DNA of 51,725 nt, filler included, from Jimgerdemannia flammicorona (Eukaryota): NCBI GenBank assembly GCA_003990765.1. It is 2 parts of 2 records of this genome, joined end to end, with 100 filler letters (N's around TTAATTAATTAA, not from the genome) between each part and the next. Parts side by side here need not be neighbours in the genome. Positions count along the whole stretch, not along the records: positions 25,914 to 51,725 come from RBNJ01000789.1; 1 more part is not named here. The stretch is one strand, 5' to 3'. Of this stretch, positions 38,484-50,215 are shown piece by piece. How positions within the stretch are numbered: position 1 is the first letter of the stretch; each line of letters begins with the position of its first letter. The position numbers were made by a program, and so were the translations under genes. The notes under the pieces were generated by a model. It did no database searches and was not told where the DNA came from. It worked only from the letters and a program-made list of their open reading frames with translations.

Positions 38484-39960
38484 ACCAAAATTATTCTACT
38501 CTTTCTTCTAAAAACAAAATGTATTTGTCTTTTACATTTATTTATCTTATTGTTTTTTCTAAGCAATTTATATTGTCACCTAGCTATATAATCTCAATAT
38601 CTTATAGTAATTTTTTTAATAGTTACAATTAGCATTTTATATATAGAAAATAAAACTCTATAATTAATTATGTCGCTGACATTAGATGAGACTGCTATTT
38701 TGGCGATCAGGTGGGTGGCGTAAGGTGGCTGACTGACCTGACGTCATTCGTAACGTATATATCTAGTGAGACATACTAGTAATGATCAAGCGCCCTAGTC
38801 TCCCATATAAAAAGTCACGTCTGAACATAAGTGTAGTTCGGACGGGCACACAGTATCCGCAGCTGGGTATGGGCCTGTCAATGCACCTACCTGTATGTAG
38901 GGCGAATCTCATCGGTTCAAAGACATCCGAAAAATAAAAATGTAATGGATATAGCAAAACGGAATGGAATGGCTGCACACTAGGAAGCGGCGCAAGACCC
39001 CTCCTTGAATGGTCAAACACCCCTTGGATCGTGGTCTAATAGTTGCCAACTCTGGATCACAATCCACTGATGGACCAGGGGCGTGTCGCGATGCGATGTG
39101 CTACATGGCACGGGTTTCGTTCAGATCAACACTTTCAAGAGACAAACACCATTTAAACAACCCTTAGATGTATCCCATATTTATTGCCCGCCCTGTCGAG
39201 TGGTTCATACGTTGCTCAGAGTCTCTTCTCGAAGTTGCAAGAGTGGCAAGTTTGCACTGTGTCGAAAGGAAGAAAACGTGCGTTCCGGCACAGCCTTATC
39301 CCTCGAGCAAGAACGAGATCGGCTTATCCCGACCTATTCAGATAGGCGTGCCAACCACTTTAACCTAATGAGATGAGGGTAAACATATCGAAAAATGCTA
39401 AGCATAACAAGTTATCCAACAGGCTTCGGTCCCAACAAGCCCTGAAAACGATACCCCTTCCTTGTGCCAACCTCTCTTCCCAACAGGACATGCCCGCGTC
39501 ATTCTCCATCACATGGCTGCTGACGCACACGACATCCCTACGTTGCATACTGACCAATATAATTACGAAGCCAGAGATAAATAACCAAGACGATACCGAT
39601 TACAATCCTCCAACAAAACGTCTCGCATGGATTCTGCACGGTGTTTACCTACTATGAGGCGTCAGAATCCATACAAATCTCCATCTACAAATGATAGTGA
39701 GTTCACTAGTAAAAGACGCGGAGAAAGGCCAATAAAATAAATTCCACCACTCGAAAAGGAAAGAGCAAGTGGGAACAGACGACGACTGTAAGAAATCGCT
39801 TGCCATGCTTATCAGACCACATGAGATATTATTTCGGATTATCTTTTCAGATAGTGATTCTCAGTTTCCAAAAGGCTGTGGGCATATGCTTTAACCACCT
39901 TTGAAGAATTTTCACAGCCTGTCCCTACCAGAGAGATGTGTATTTTGTGCGTTTTGTATG

Positions 39961-40008
<48 letters not shown>

Positions 40009-41858
40009 TTTAAAAATCGCTTGCTTTCAAGTGGTACTAATATACTAAAAAATGGGAGTAAAATTTTGTTTCTGCTATAAAGGCTATTTATTGGGCCTGG
40101 GATATATCCTTAATTAAGGTTCCTAGAAACAATTATAATGGCGAGCGGGTTTATCAAACTGGAACACCCACATACTCACAAACATGCTGATATCCTTGTC
40201 AAAGAATACCAACAGTGACAACTGCAAATAAACCAGAGTCCGTGTCAAGGTCTCCGCCACTGATGATCACCTGGCTGAGCTCATTGAATGTAATGGCCAA
40301 ATCGACAACATGATATAAGAACTCAACCACAAGTACCTTGAGTACGTCAAAACCACAGACAGAACCTTCCCACACCCCAATGATCATATCCTACAAATGC
40401 CCCAAGTTGGATATACCATGAAGGACATCTATGATATAATCTACTTTGATGAAGATGAAGCAGAAGACAATGATCCCTCTGATGCCGACATGACCTCTAG
40501 CCAAGGATCTCTGCCAATGCTGATCATACTGCCAACCTTGCCAATGAACTTACAACAATTTATAACAGTATACAAGACTTATTGGGACAATGACTACTGG
40601 TATGAATACCAACCCACGTTCACCCCCGATTACTTCAACTACAATGAAGAGACTAGAGAACACAATCTGTACCTCCAGACAACCCTCGAGATTGAACCAA
40701 CCACTCCACCACTTGAGTATGAGTGATATGAACTACAGCCACCAGCTTACTACAACCCCATAACTCATAGTACTGTAACCTATAGAAAATATGCAAATAG
40801 TGAAACTAATGAAAGTGAAGATGATGCACCCCTCCTTCACCCACCAACACCTTATCCAGTATATGAAACTGATGATACCATCTTGTAGGACAGAGATGAA
40901 GTTCCAATATATTATTACCTCAGTGAACAAGGAAAAGTAATCCGTGAACCACTCTTCCTAGATGACTACTTTATCAGAGATAATGCAATCAATGGTGATG
41001 TTATCGAGGACTATTCAGATAGCACCTAAACCTATAAATAGCCTAGCAGTCATAGTATAGTTAGATTACTCTTATACAATGTGACTGTGAACTGACTCAG
41101 CAGTCAGATGATCTCTTGACATGTCAGATCACACTTGTACTATGTGACTGTATTCCAACTTAACAAGATTGTAAGAGGGTTGCTTTTTAGAGTAACCGTT
41201 ACGTAGTTCTGAAAGGGTTTTCTGGATATTCTGGATATTCTGGAAGACTGTTTTCTTATGGTCAAGATCAATTTTGTATAGAGTACATCCTCTATGCTTA
41301 TTGATTTCAAGATCAGGTTGACATCTCAACCAAAGTCCTTTTTTGGACTAGTTCTGGATGTTCAGGATTTTCCATATTTCAGGAAGTTCAAGAAACTAAG
41401 ACCAGCTTAGTTGAATTGGCATATTGCTGCAGACAATATCCAATTAGGAAATTTCATGATGGGGTTAGGAGTAGGACCTAACGGGGAGCAGATTTACTTA
41501 AGAGTGGTTTGTGGGTTATTAAATAGGTTTATTCGCTATTCATGATATTGCTATACTAGGAGTAGTTGTGTGAAGGGATATTGTGGAGAAGTGCTCAGGA
41601 GTTGTGTTTGGATTGTTCAAGTCTGTTCAAGTCTGAGATTCTGAGGTTTGGGGGAGGGGGTATTTATACTAGTGAGGGGCTATCTGGACTATGCTAGATA
41701 TGGATATAGCACTAAGTGCCTTGCTGAGTCAGAATATAGTCACGTAGTACAAGTGTGATCTGATATGTCAAGAGATCATCTGACTGCTGAGTCAGTTCAC
41801 AGTCATGTTGTACAAGGCTAATCTATCTATACTATAACTGCTAGACTATTTATAGGTC

Positions 41859-42956
41859 TTAGGCACTATCTGGGTAGTCTTCGATAACATCACCATCGAT
41901 TGCATCATCTCTGATGAAGTAGTCATCTAGGAAGAGTAGTTCGCAGATTACTTCTCCTTGTTGGCTGAGGTAGTAATACATTAGGACTTCATCTCCATCC
42001 CAAAGGATAGCATCGTCTGTTTCGTATGCTGGATAAGGTGTTGGTGAGTGAAGGATGGGTGTATTGTCTTTGCTTCCATCAGATTCGCTGTCTGCATACC
42101 TTCTATAGGTTACAGTACTATGAGTTGCAGGATTGTAATAAGCTGGTGGCTGTGGTTCATATCGCTCGTACTCAGGTGGTGGAGTGGTTGGTTCAATCTC
42201 GAGAGTTGTCTGGAGGTACAGGTTGTGTTCTCCAGTTTCTTCATTATAGTTGAAGTAGTCAGGGGTGAACGCGGATTGGTATTTATACCAATGGTCATTG
42301 TCCCAATAAGTCTCATATGCAGTTATGAACTGTTGCAAGTTCATTGGCAAGTTTGGTGGAGTGATCAGGGTTGGCAGAGATCCTTGGCTAGAGGTCATGT
42401 TGGCATCAGAGGGATCATTGTCTTCTGCTTCATCTTCATCGAAGTGGATTATATCATAGACGTCCTTTATAGTGTATCCAACTTGAGGTATTTGCAGGAT
42501 ATGGTCCTCAGGGTGCGGGAAGGTTCTGTCTGTAGTCTGGACATATTCGAGGTACTTGTGGTTGAGTTCTTATATCATGTCGTCGATTTGGCCGTAGGAC
42601 AGGGTAGCAACCATTTCGCTGGTAGTAACTCAGAGACAGGGAATAAAGGTGTTGTACTCATAGAAGAGTTCTCAATGTTTGCGGGCGATGAGCTTCTGGT
42701 GTTGAGACATCTGGGTAATGTCTGTATCATGGTGGTGTTTGACCATGTCTTCCAAGAGGCGGCCGATCTGGTAGTAGCTTGATATTTGTCCAATTCGGTG
42801 GGCCTCACTAAGCATGTTCAGGGCATTCCATTGGGCTTCCACGAAGTAGAGGGGTGCCAGGCTATGGATATTCATGAGGGGTAGAGGGGGTGTGGCTTGG
42901 TTGACAATGGCATTCCAAATGTCAGTGCGGATACGGTTGTAGATCTCGGTAGTCAT
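41859..42956 (-). pseudogene. LTR-encoded ~365-aa ORF (3' LTR copy), in-frame stops only
   Basis: ORF-track pieces 42672-43082 and 41859-42398 share one frame. The interrupting stops are CGA-to-TGA and CAA-to-TAA types. Confidence 0.85.
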
Positions 42957-43670
42957 ATTTGTGTGTTTGGAAGTTGTGGTTGTTGTTGTTTTGGTTCTCT
43001 GATTTAACACATCTCGGTGCTTGGTATATATGCATTTGGTCCTAATTGGTAAGATTCTGTTTGTATAGATCTTGTGTTCCATGACTTCGTGTTGACTCAG
43101 CTTTGTGCACTATGACTTCGGTTTGACTCAGCTTTGTGATCAAGCAGGTGGTTTCCAGATTTGTTCAGAGGTCGCGTGTGATTTCAGTGGCTTGTTCAGA
43201 GGGTGACATGTAATTTCGATGGCTTGGAGATTGTGCGCTTACAACTCTCCTCTTCTTAGCTTTCGACATCCTCGTCGGGGCCTTCTAATTTGTTCTAGTG
43301 TTATTATATCATTTGGGAGGTCAAAAGTCTGGTAAGGTCCATTTTTCTCAGAAAGTGGCATACTCGTAGTACAGTTGCCTAACGCATTGGATTCACACAT
43401 TAAAGAGTCGTGTGTTCAATACTGTGCACCAGAAGTGATTTAGACGTCATTCACTGCTGGAGAATTTCCTCTAAGGAATCTTCTTAAATGTTTACACCTT
43501 GTTTCCCACCAGTGGTACAGGGAGAATAGGCTTGCTTTCAGTTTTGCTATTTTTTCCAGAGGGTCGGTATTCTTGTCTTGTTTTGCTGAGTCCTTGACTT
43601 GGTTCGTGATAGTTATAATGTTCGGGAGGATAATATATAGTATGTACAGATAGGTACAGAGCATTTGGTT

Positions 43671-44780
43671 CTAGTTGTTCAAGGAATCATATTCCTGAAC
43701 TAGGTCAGTAGCATTCTGGAGATTGGTCTTGGGTTCCCAGGTTGCATCGTGGATTGGGTAACCTTTCCACTTGACAAGATACTCAGGGTGGTTCTTGTTG
43801 CCATGTTTGTTGAGGATTTGTTCAACTTCATACTCTTCTTGGTCATTAATGATGACAGGTGCAGGTGGTTTAGTAGTCCAGTTTGGAAATAGCTTGTCAT
43901 TATTCTCATTGTATTGCTTGAGATGTTGGACATTAAAGACTGGGTGAATCTTAATGGTGTCTGGTAGTGCCAATTTGTAGGAGGTTGGAGAGACTTGTGC
44001 AATGACTTCAAATGGTCCAATGAACTTGCTGTTCAGCTTTGTGGATGGTCTGTGCTTGAGGTTGTCAACTCGGTATCCTCTGATGTCTAGTAGAACTTTT
44101 TCTCCAATGTCAAAGGTTTCTTCTCAGTGGTGTTGGTTAATATACTGTGACTATTGTTCTTGAGCTTGTGATAAATTCTCAATTGCGATCTGGCTTAGAT
44201 TATGCATTCGGAGTAGGAATTCTTCAACAGCTTCGACTGTGGAGGGTTCTTCAGTGGTTCGGATAAGTGTCAATGGGGTGTTTGGGTTTTGTCCAGTGTT
44301 GGTGAAGAATGGGGTCATTCCAAGAGAGGCTTGCTTGCTATTGTTATAGGCAAACTCAACTGTGGTGAGGTATTCATGCCAATCATCTTGTCTGTAGGAA
44401 ACATAGTTTCTTAGCATTTGTTCCAGAGTTCAGTTCATTCTTTCAGTTTGGCCATCAGTTTCTGGGTGAAAGGCTGTGGACAGTGCAAGTTTTGTTCCAA
44501 GGTGTGCATGGAGGGCTTTCCAAAAGTGGCTGGTGAATTTCGGATCTCAGTCACTAACAATGATCTTAGGGAGACTATGATAGCGGAAGATATTGTCAAA
44601 CAAGAGTGTGGCTATATCTGGTACTATTGCAGTAGTGGTAGTAGGCACAATGTGGGCTTGTTTGCTGAGATAGTCCACAAAGACAACAATTGCATCTTTC
44701 CCGTTCTTGGTTCGGGGTAGCTGTACAATGAAGTCCATGGAGATTTGTTCCCAATTTGCAGATGGTACTGGGATAGGGTG
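43671..44780 (-). pseudogene. Integrase core + GPF motif + chromodomain remnant
   Basis: [92 protein letters not shown]. Confidence 0.93.
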
Positions 44781-46620
44781 GGTTCATGGTTTCTGGGTGT
44801 CCAAGAGGTGGATGTGGAGGGAGCTCGAGATACCTTGTACTTGGGTTCTTCTTTCTTGGTCCAAGTTTTTTCCTTGTTGTTGAATTGTCTTCAGGGCAGA
44901 ATTGGTCCAGCTGTTAGGATTCGCTTGACCATGGTCTTGATTCTTACTAGGCACCATTGTTGGTGATCACAACCAACTGGGCAGCCTTGTTCTTGGATTT
45001 TTCTAGTAAGCCATTCAGGCAGGGCATCGAATAAATGGTCTGCTCTTATATCATTTTGTGCTTCATCATTGGCAATATATCCTAGGCCAACAGTGTTCAG
45101 GAGTGACTCGAGTTTTGTACAGAAGGTTTCAAATTCTTCTTTGCCATGTACATCAAATTTGAGATTGCATAGTTTTACTCAAGATTCAGTGATCATGGTT
45201 TCACTGTGGTATTGGGCAATCATGAGTTGTTTGAGTCCAGGGGCTGTAGGATGGGCTCCGTATCCTGGGGTATTGTTTGCTGCATTCTGGGCAACTACTG
45301 CAGATTAGGTATCCCATGTGAGGGGTTTTTCAGGAAGGGTTCGCCACCATTCTTTGGCAGGTCCTTGGAAGAATGTAACAACTTGGCGGACATAGGCTGT
45401 AGTTATAGCAAAGAGTTGTTCCAGAGTGTGGTCTTGATTGTTTGTCAGAACGCAGTCAGCAACTCGCTCATTGGTCCATTGATTGGCTTCAAAGTTAGTG
45501 TCAACTACACTAATGAAGCTTTGGACTTCTTGTGCAGTATCATTGAAGGTAGGTAGGCTCAGATTTTTGGTAGGTCGGGTCTGTTCAGCTAAGGCAGTAA
45601 TGGTTGCTACCATTATAGCTACTTGGGCTGTGAGGTCTAGAATCTGTTGGTTCACCATGTTGTTTACTGGAGGTGGTTGGACTGCTGGTAGTGGTGTTAC
45701 TGATACTACTTGAGGTATTGGTGCAGAATGTGATGGAGTTCTTTGGGTCTGTGTAAGTTACTGGAGTAGTAGTTGTGGATCTGGAGTGAGAGCTTGATAG
45801 ATAACTGTTTGTTGCTGTATAGGTGTATTCTATTCTGATAGAGGTACATCTTCTTTGGTGGTGTATCTGGGATCAAATTCAGTAAGATACTCTTCCTCTT
45901 CTTCGGTTTGGTCCCCGTGTAATTGGGTTTGCTCAGCGTCAAAGTAGACAGAATCAGTTGTATATCTGATTTCAGACGGACTTAATTCAAAGTCGAGTTC
46001 AGGTTCAGTATTGGTTTCGGATTCAGGTAGGGCTGTAGCAGGGCCTGCTTCAGGTTCGGGGTCAGGTAGTTGATGAAGGGTTTCTCTTGCTTCTTCCTTA
46101 AGGATATGGCAGGCCTTGCTGTTCTGGAATCGGTAGTATAAGGCAGTCTTGGTCCTAGTGCGGTGAAAGTCGGTAGAGTTGAGCCACTTAACTACAGAGG
46201 CTTGGGCTTCGTGAGAAACTATGGCTAGAAAGACTGCTGCTGGTTGTCCTAAGTCACTCGGATTTGTAGAGCTGACAAAACTCTTATTGAGAAGAGTAAA
46301 GAAGGCTTCAATAAGACCTTCTTCGTCTTGACTTGCTGGGTGTAGTGCAAGGAGTTTGGTGAATAGGATTTCGCCTATTTGCTGGTTTAACTTGAGTACT
46401 TCTTTCTTTGAATGAAGTTTATCTCACTTGTTGCAGGTGTGGAGGTCAAATTGTCCTTGTATTTCAGGTTCAATTCTCTCCAGATTGTCAGATGGTTCAG
46501 AATAAATTCCAGTTCAGAGGTTGGGCTTTATACCAACTTGTAGGAATTCACAGAGAGGTTTGTAGCAGGGTGAGGAAGCATCTTGAAGTGGAATTGGATT
46601 ATAAACTGCTGCTACCAAGT
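44781..46620 (-). pseudogene. Long gag-like ORF with scattered transition-type stops
   Basis: One frame from the PBS region (LVAAVYNPIP..QIGEILFTKLL..) through LPTFND..VQSFI and FFQGPAKEWW (retrotransposon gag-like) to ..TPRNHE. Confidence 0.75.
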
Positions 46621-47309
46621 TGTAAGAGGGTTGCTTTTTAGGGTAACCATTACGTAGTTCTGAAAGGGTTTTCTAGATATTCTGGATATTCTGGAAGACC
46701 GTTTTCTTATGGTCAAGATCAATTTCGTATAGAGTACATCCTCTACACTTATTGATTTCAAGATCGGGTTGACATCTCAACCAAAGTCCTTTTTTGGACT
46801 AGTTCTGGATGTTCAGGATTTTCTGTATTTCAGGAAGTTCAAGAAACTAAGACCAGCTTAGTTGAATCGGTATATCGCTGCAGACAATACCCAATTAGGA
46901 AATTTCGTGATGGGGTTAGGAGTAGGACCTAATGGGGAGCGGATTTACTTAAGAGTGGTTTGTGGGTTATTAAATAGGTTTATTCGCTATTCATGATATT
47001 GCTATACTAGGAATAGTTGTGTAAAGGGATATTGTGGGGAAGTGCTCAGGAGTTGTGTTCGGATTGTTCGAGTCTGTTCAAGTCTGAGATTCTGAGGTCT
47101 GGGGGAGGGAGTATTTATACTAGTGAGGGGCTATCTGGACTATACTAGATATGGATGTAGCACTAAGTGCCTTGCTGAGTCGGAATATAGTCACGTAGTA
47201 CAAGTGTGATCTGATATGTCAAGAGATCGTCTGACTGCTGAGTCAGTTCACAGTCATGTTGTACAAGGCTAATCTATCTATACTATGACTGCTAGACTAT
47301 TTATAGGTC

Positions 47310-48407
47310 TTAGGCACTATCTGGGTAGTCTTTGATGACATCACCATCGATTGTATTATCTCTGATGAAGTAGTCATCTAGGAAGAGTGGTTCGTGAATT
47401 ACTTCTCCTTGTTGGCTGAGGTAGTAATACATTGAGACTTCATCTCTATCCCAAAGGATAGTATCGTCTGTTTCGTATGCTGGATAAGGTGTTGGTAGGC
47501 GAAGGATGGGTGTATTGTCTTTGCTTCCATCGGATTCACTATCTGCGTACCTTCTATAGGTTACAGCACTATGAGTTGCAGGATTGTAGTAAGCTGGCAG
47601 CTGTGGTTCATGTCACTCGTACTCAGGTGGTGGAGTGGTTGGTTCAATCTCGAGAGTTGTCTGGAGGTACAGGTTGTGTTCTCCGGTTTCTTCATTGTAG
47701 TTGAAGTAGTCAGGGGTGAACGCAGGTTAGTATTCATGCCAATGGTCATTGTCCCAATAAGTCTCATATGCAGTTATGAACTATTGCAAGTTCATCGGCA
47801 AGTTTGGTAGAGTGATCAGAGTTGGCAGAGATCCTTGGCTAGAGGTCATGTTGGCATCAGAGAGATCATTGTCTTCTGCTTTATCTTCATCGAAGTGGAT
47901 TATATCATAGACGTCCTTCATGGTATATCCAACTTGAGGCATTTGCAGGATATAGTCCTCAGGGTGCGGGAAGGTTCTGTCTATAGTCTGGACATATTCG
48001 AGGTACTTGTGGTTGAGTTCTTGTATTATGTCATCGATTTGGCTATAGAACAGGGTAGCAACCATTTTGCTGGTAGTGACTCGGAGGCAGGAAATAAAGG
48101 TGTTGTACTCATAGAAGAGTTCTCAATGTTTGTGGGTGATGAGCTTCTGGTGTTGAGACATCTGGGTAATGTCTGTATCATGGTGGTGTTTGACCATGTC
48201 TTCTAAGAGGCGGTCAATCTGGTAGTAGCTTGATATTTGTCCAATTTGGTGGGCCTTGCTAAGTATATTCAGGGCATTCCATCGGGCTTCCACAAAGTAG
48301 AGGGGTGCCAGGCTATGGATATTCATGAGGGGTAGAGGGGGTGTGGCTCGGTTGACAATGGCATTCCAAATGTCAGCGCGAATACAGTTGTAGATCTCGG
48401 TAGTCAT
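47310..48407 (-). pseudogene. LTR-encoded ~365-aa ORF (5' LTR copy)
   Basis: Offset 5451 from the 3' LTR copy. ORF-track pieces 48123-48461 and 47781-48065 are in the same frame. Confidence 0.85.
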
Positions 48408-49927
48408 ATTTGTGTGTTTGGAAGTTATGGTTGTTGTTGTTTTGGTTCTCTGATTTAACATGTCTCGGTGTTTGGTATATATGTATTTGGTCCTGATTGG
48501 TAAGATTCCGTTTGTGTAGATCTTGTGTTCTGTGACTTCGTGTTGACTCAGCTTTGTGTACTGTGACTTCGGTTTGACTCAGCTTTGTGATCAAGCAGGT
48601 GGTTTCCAGATTTGTTCAGAGGTCGTGTGTGATTTCAGTGGCTTGTTCAGAGGGTGATGTGTAATTTCGGTGGCTTGGAGGTTGTACGCTTACAAAGATA
48701 CTTAGTGCTATATCTATATCTAACATAGTTCAGATAACCCCTTACTAGTATAAATACCCCCTCCCCCAGACCTCAGAATCTCAGACTCAAACATACAAGA
48801 ATAATCCAAACACAACTCCTGAGCATTTCCCCATGATATCCTTTTACACAACTACTCCTAGTATAGCAATATCATGAATAGCAAATAAACCTATTTAATA
48901 ACCCACAAACTACTCTTAAGTAAATCTGCTCCCCATTAGGTCCCACTCCTAATCCTGTCATGAAATTTCCCAATTGGGTATTATCTGCAGCAATATGCTA
49001 ATTCAACTAAGCTGGTCTTAGTTTCTTAAACTTCCTAAAATATAGAAAATCCTGAATATCTAGAACTAGTCCAAAAAGGAACTTTGGTTGAGATGTCAAC
49101 TCAATCTTAAAATCAATAAGTATAGAGGATGTACTTCATATGAAATTGATCTTGACCATAAGAAAACAGTCTTCCAGAACATTCAGAACCTCCAGAAAAC
49201 CCTTTCAGAACTATATAATAGTTATCCTAAAAAGCAACTCTCTTACATTGAAAGCCATTTCTTCAATGTAAAACCCAACTCTGCGGATCTCAGAAAATGT
49301 GGAAAAATATTGTTCTGGGCTCTCTTTTCCTTGGGATGATGTACCCTAGATATTCTATTCTAAAAGAACTTGCATTTGCTCATGTTAGCATATAGCTTGT
49401 ATTCTTAGAGTAGAGTCAGAATATTACAGAGGTAGATATAGGGAAGATTTATAGGTTTGATATAGATAAGAATATCATTAATATATATATATATATTAAA
49501 GAATGGTTTAAAGATATTTTGTATTTATTAGACTTTAAAAGATAGCTAGTATATTGATAAGTTTAAAAATATTACTCAGAATTAATAGAATTTAAATTAA
49601 ATATAGAATATAGTCTTCTTAATATTCTTTCTTTAATGAGAATTTAATAATATCTACTTGAGATAACTTCATAGTTTTAAAATTTTTATATATATAGTAG
49701 TTTATTTTCTTTAAAAGAATATATCTATTTTTGATAGCAATCTTATTAAAAACTCAATAGTCTATAATTAAAAGTCTATTATTAAGACATTTAAACTATT
49801 TTAATTTAAGATTTATTTACTTATAATATTAAGATTATTTATTTAAGTTTACTATACTATATTGATTAAATAAGTAATTAATTTATATCTTTATTATTAT
49901 TAAGATACTTTAATAACTAGTTTTAAG

Positions 49928-50215
49928 TAGTGCTTCCAATAAATTAAATTGAATCAAAGGTCCAATTCAATTGAATTTGAATCAAATCAAAGGCTAATTT
50001 AATTTGAAATTCAATTTGAATCCTATTTTTCAAAATTTAATAACTTAACAAATATATATCTAAATTTAATGATCTTTAGCTTGTTAGATTCCTCTATATA
50101 AGGTGAATCTAATAAGTTAAAGATTGTTAAATTTGGACATATTTTTATTGAGTTATTACATTTCTAAAAATAGGGTTTGAATTAGACCCTTGATTTAATT
50201 CATTTAGGAGTACTA
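49928..50215. mobile_element. Fold-back MITE, hAT-like
   Basis: Ends TAGTGCTTCC...GGAGTACTA. Long imperfect inverted arms meet at ~50090-50105. 8-bp TSD GTTTTAAG at 49920-49927 and 50216-50223. Confidence 0.8.

Larger units (their letters stand above)
41170..48694 (-). mobile_element. Non-autonomous chromoviral LTR retrotransposon with two 2074-bp LTRs (gag + truncated integrase-chromodomain; no PR/RT/RNase H)
   Basis: LTRs at 41170-43243 and 46621-48694 (TGTAAG...CTTACA). TSD AAGAT at 41165-41169 and 48695-48699. PBS TGGTAGCAG at 46609-46617 (tRNA-iMet type). PPT AAGAAGAGGAGAG at 43245-43257. Confidence 0.96.
40296..49247 (+). mobile_element. 5'-truncated LTR of the long-LTR family, split into ~40296-41169 and 48700-49247 by the younger element
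   Basis: The two halves are colinear with ~22010-23429 and rejoin across the AAGAT TSD. Ends in CTTACA at 49247. Confidence 0.9.

Noticed and set aside
38760..39900. Short ORFs and splice-like signals
   Set aside because: No coherent stop-free exon chain or recognisable domain; may be a lncRNA or decayed gene but unsupported.
42048..42782. 244-aa hydrophobic plus-strand ORF in the LTR
   Set aside because: Antisense of the U3 ORF and broken differently in the other copies.
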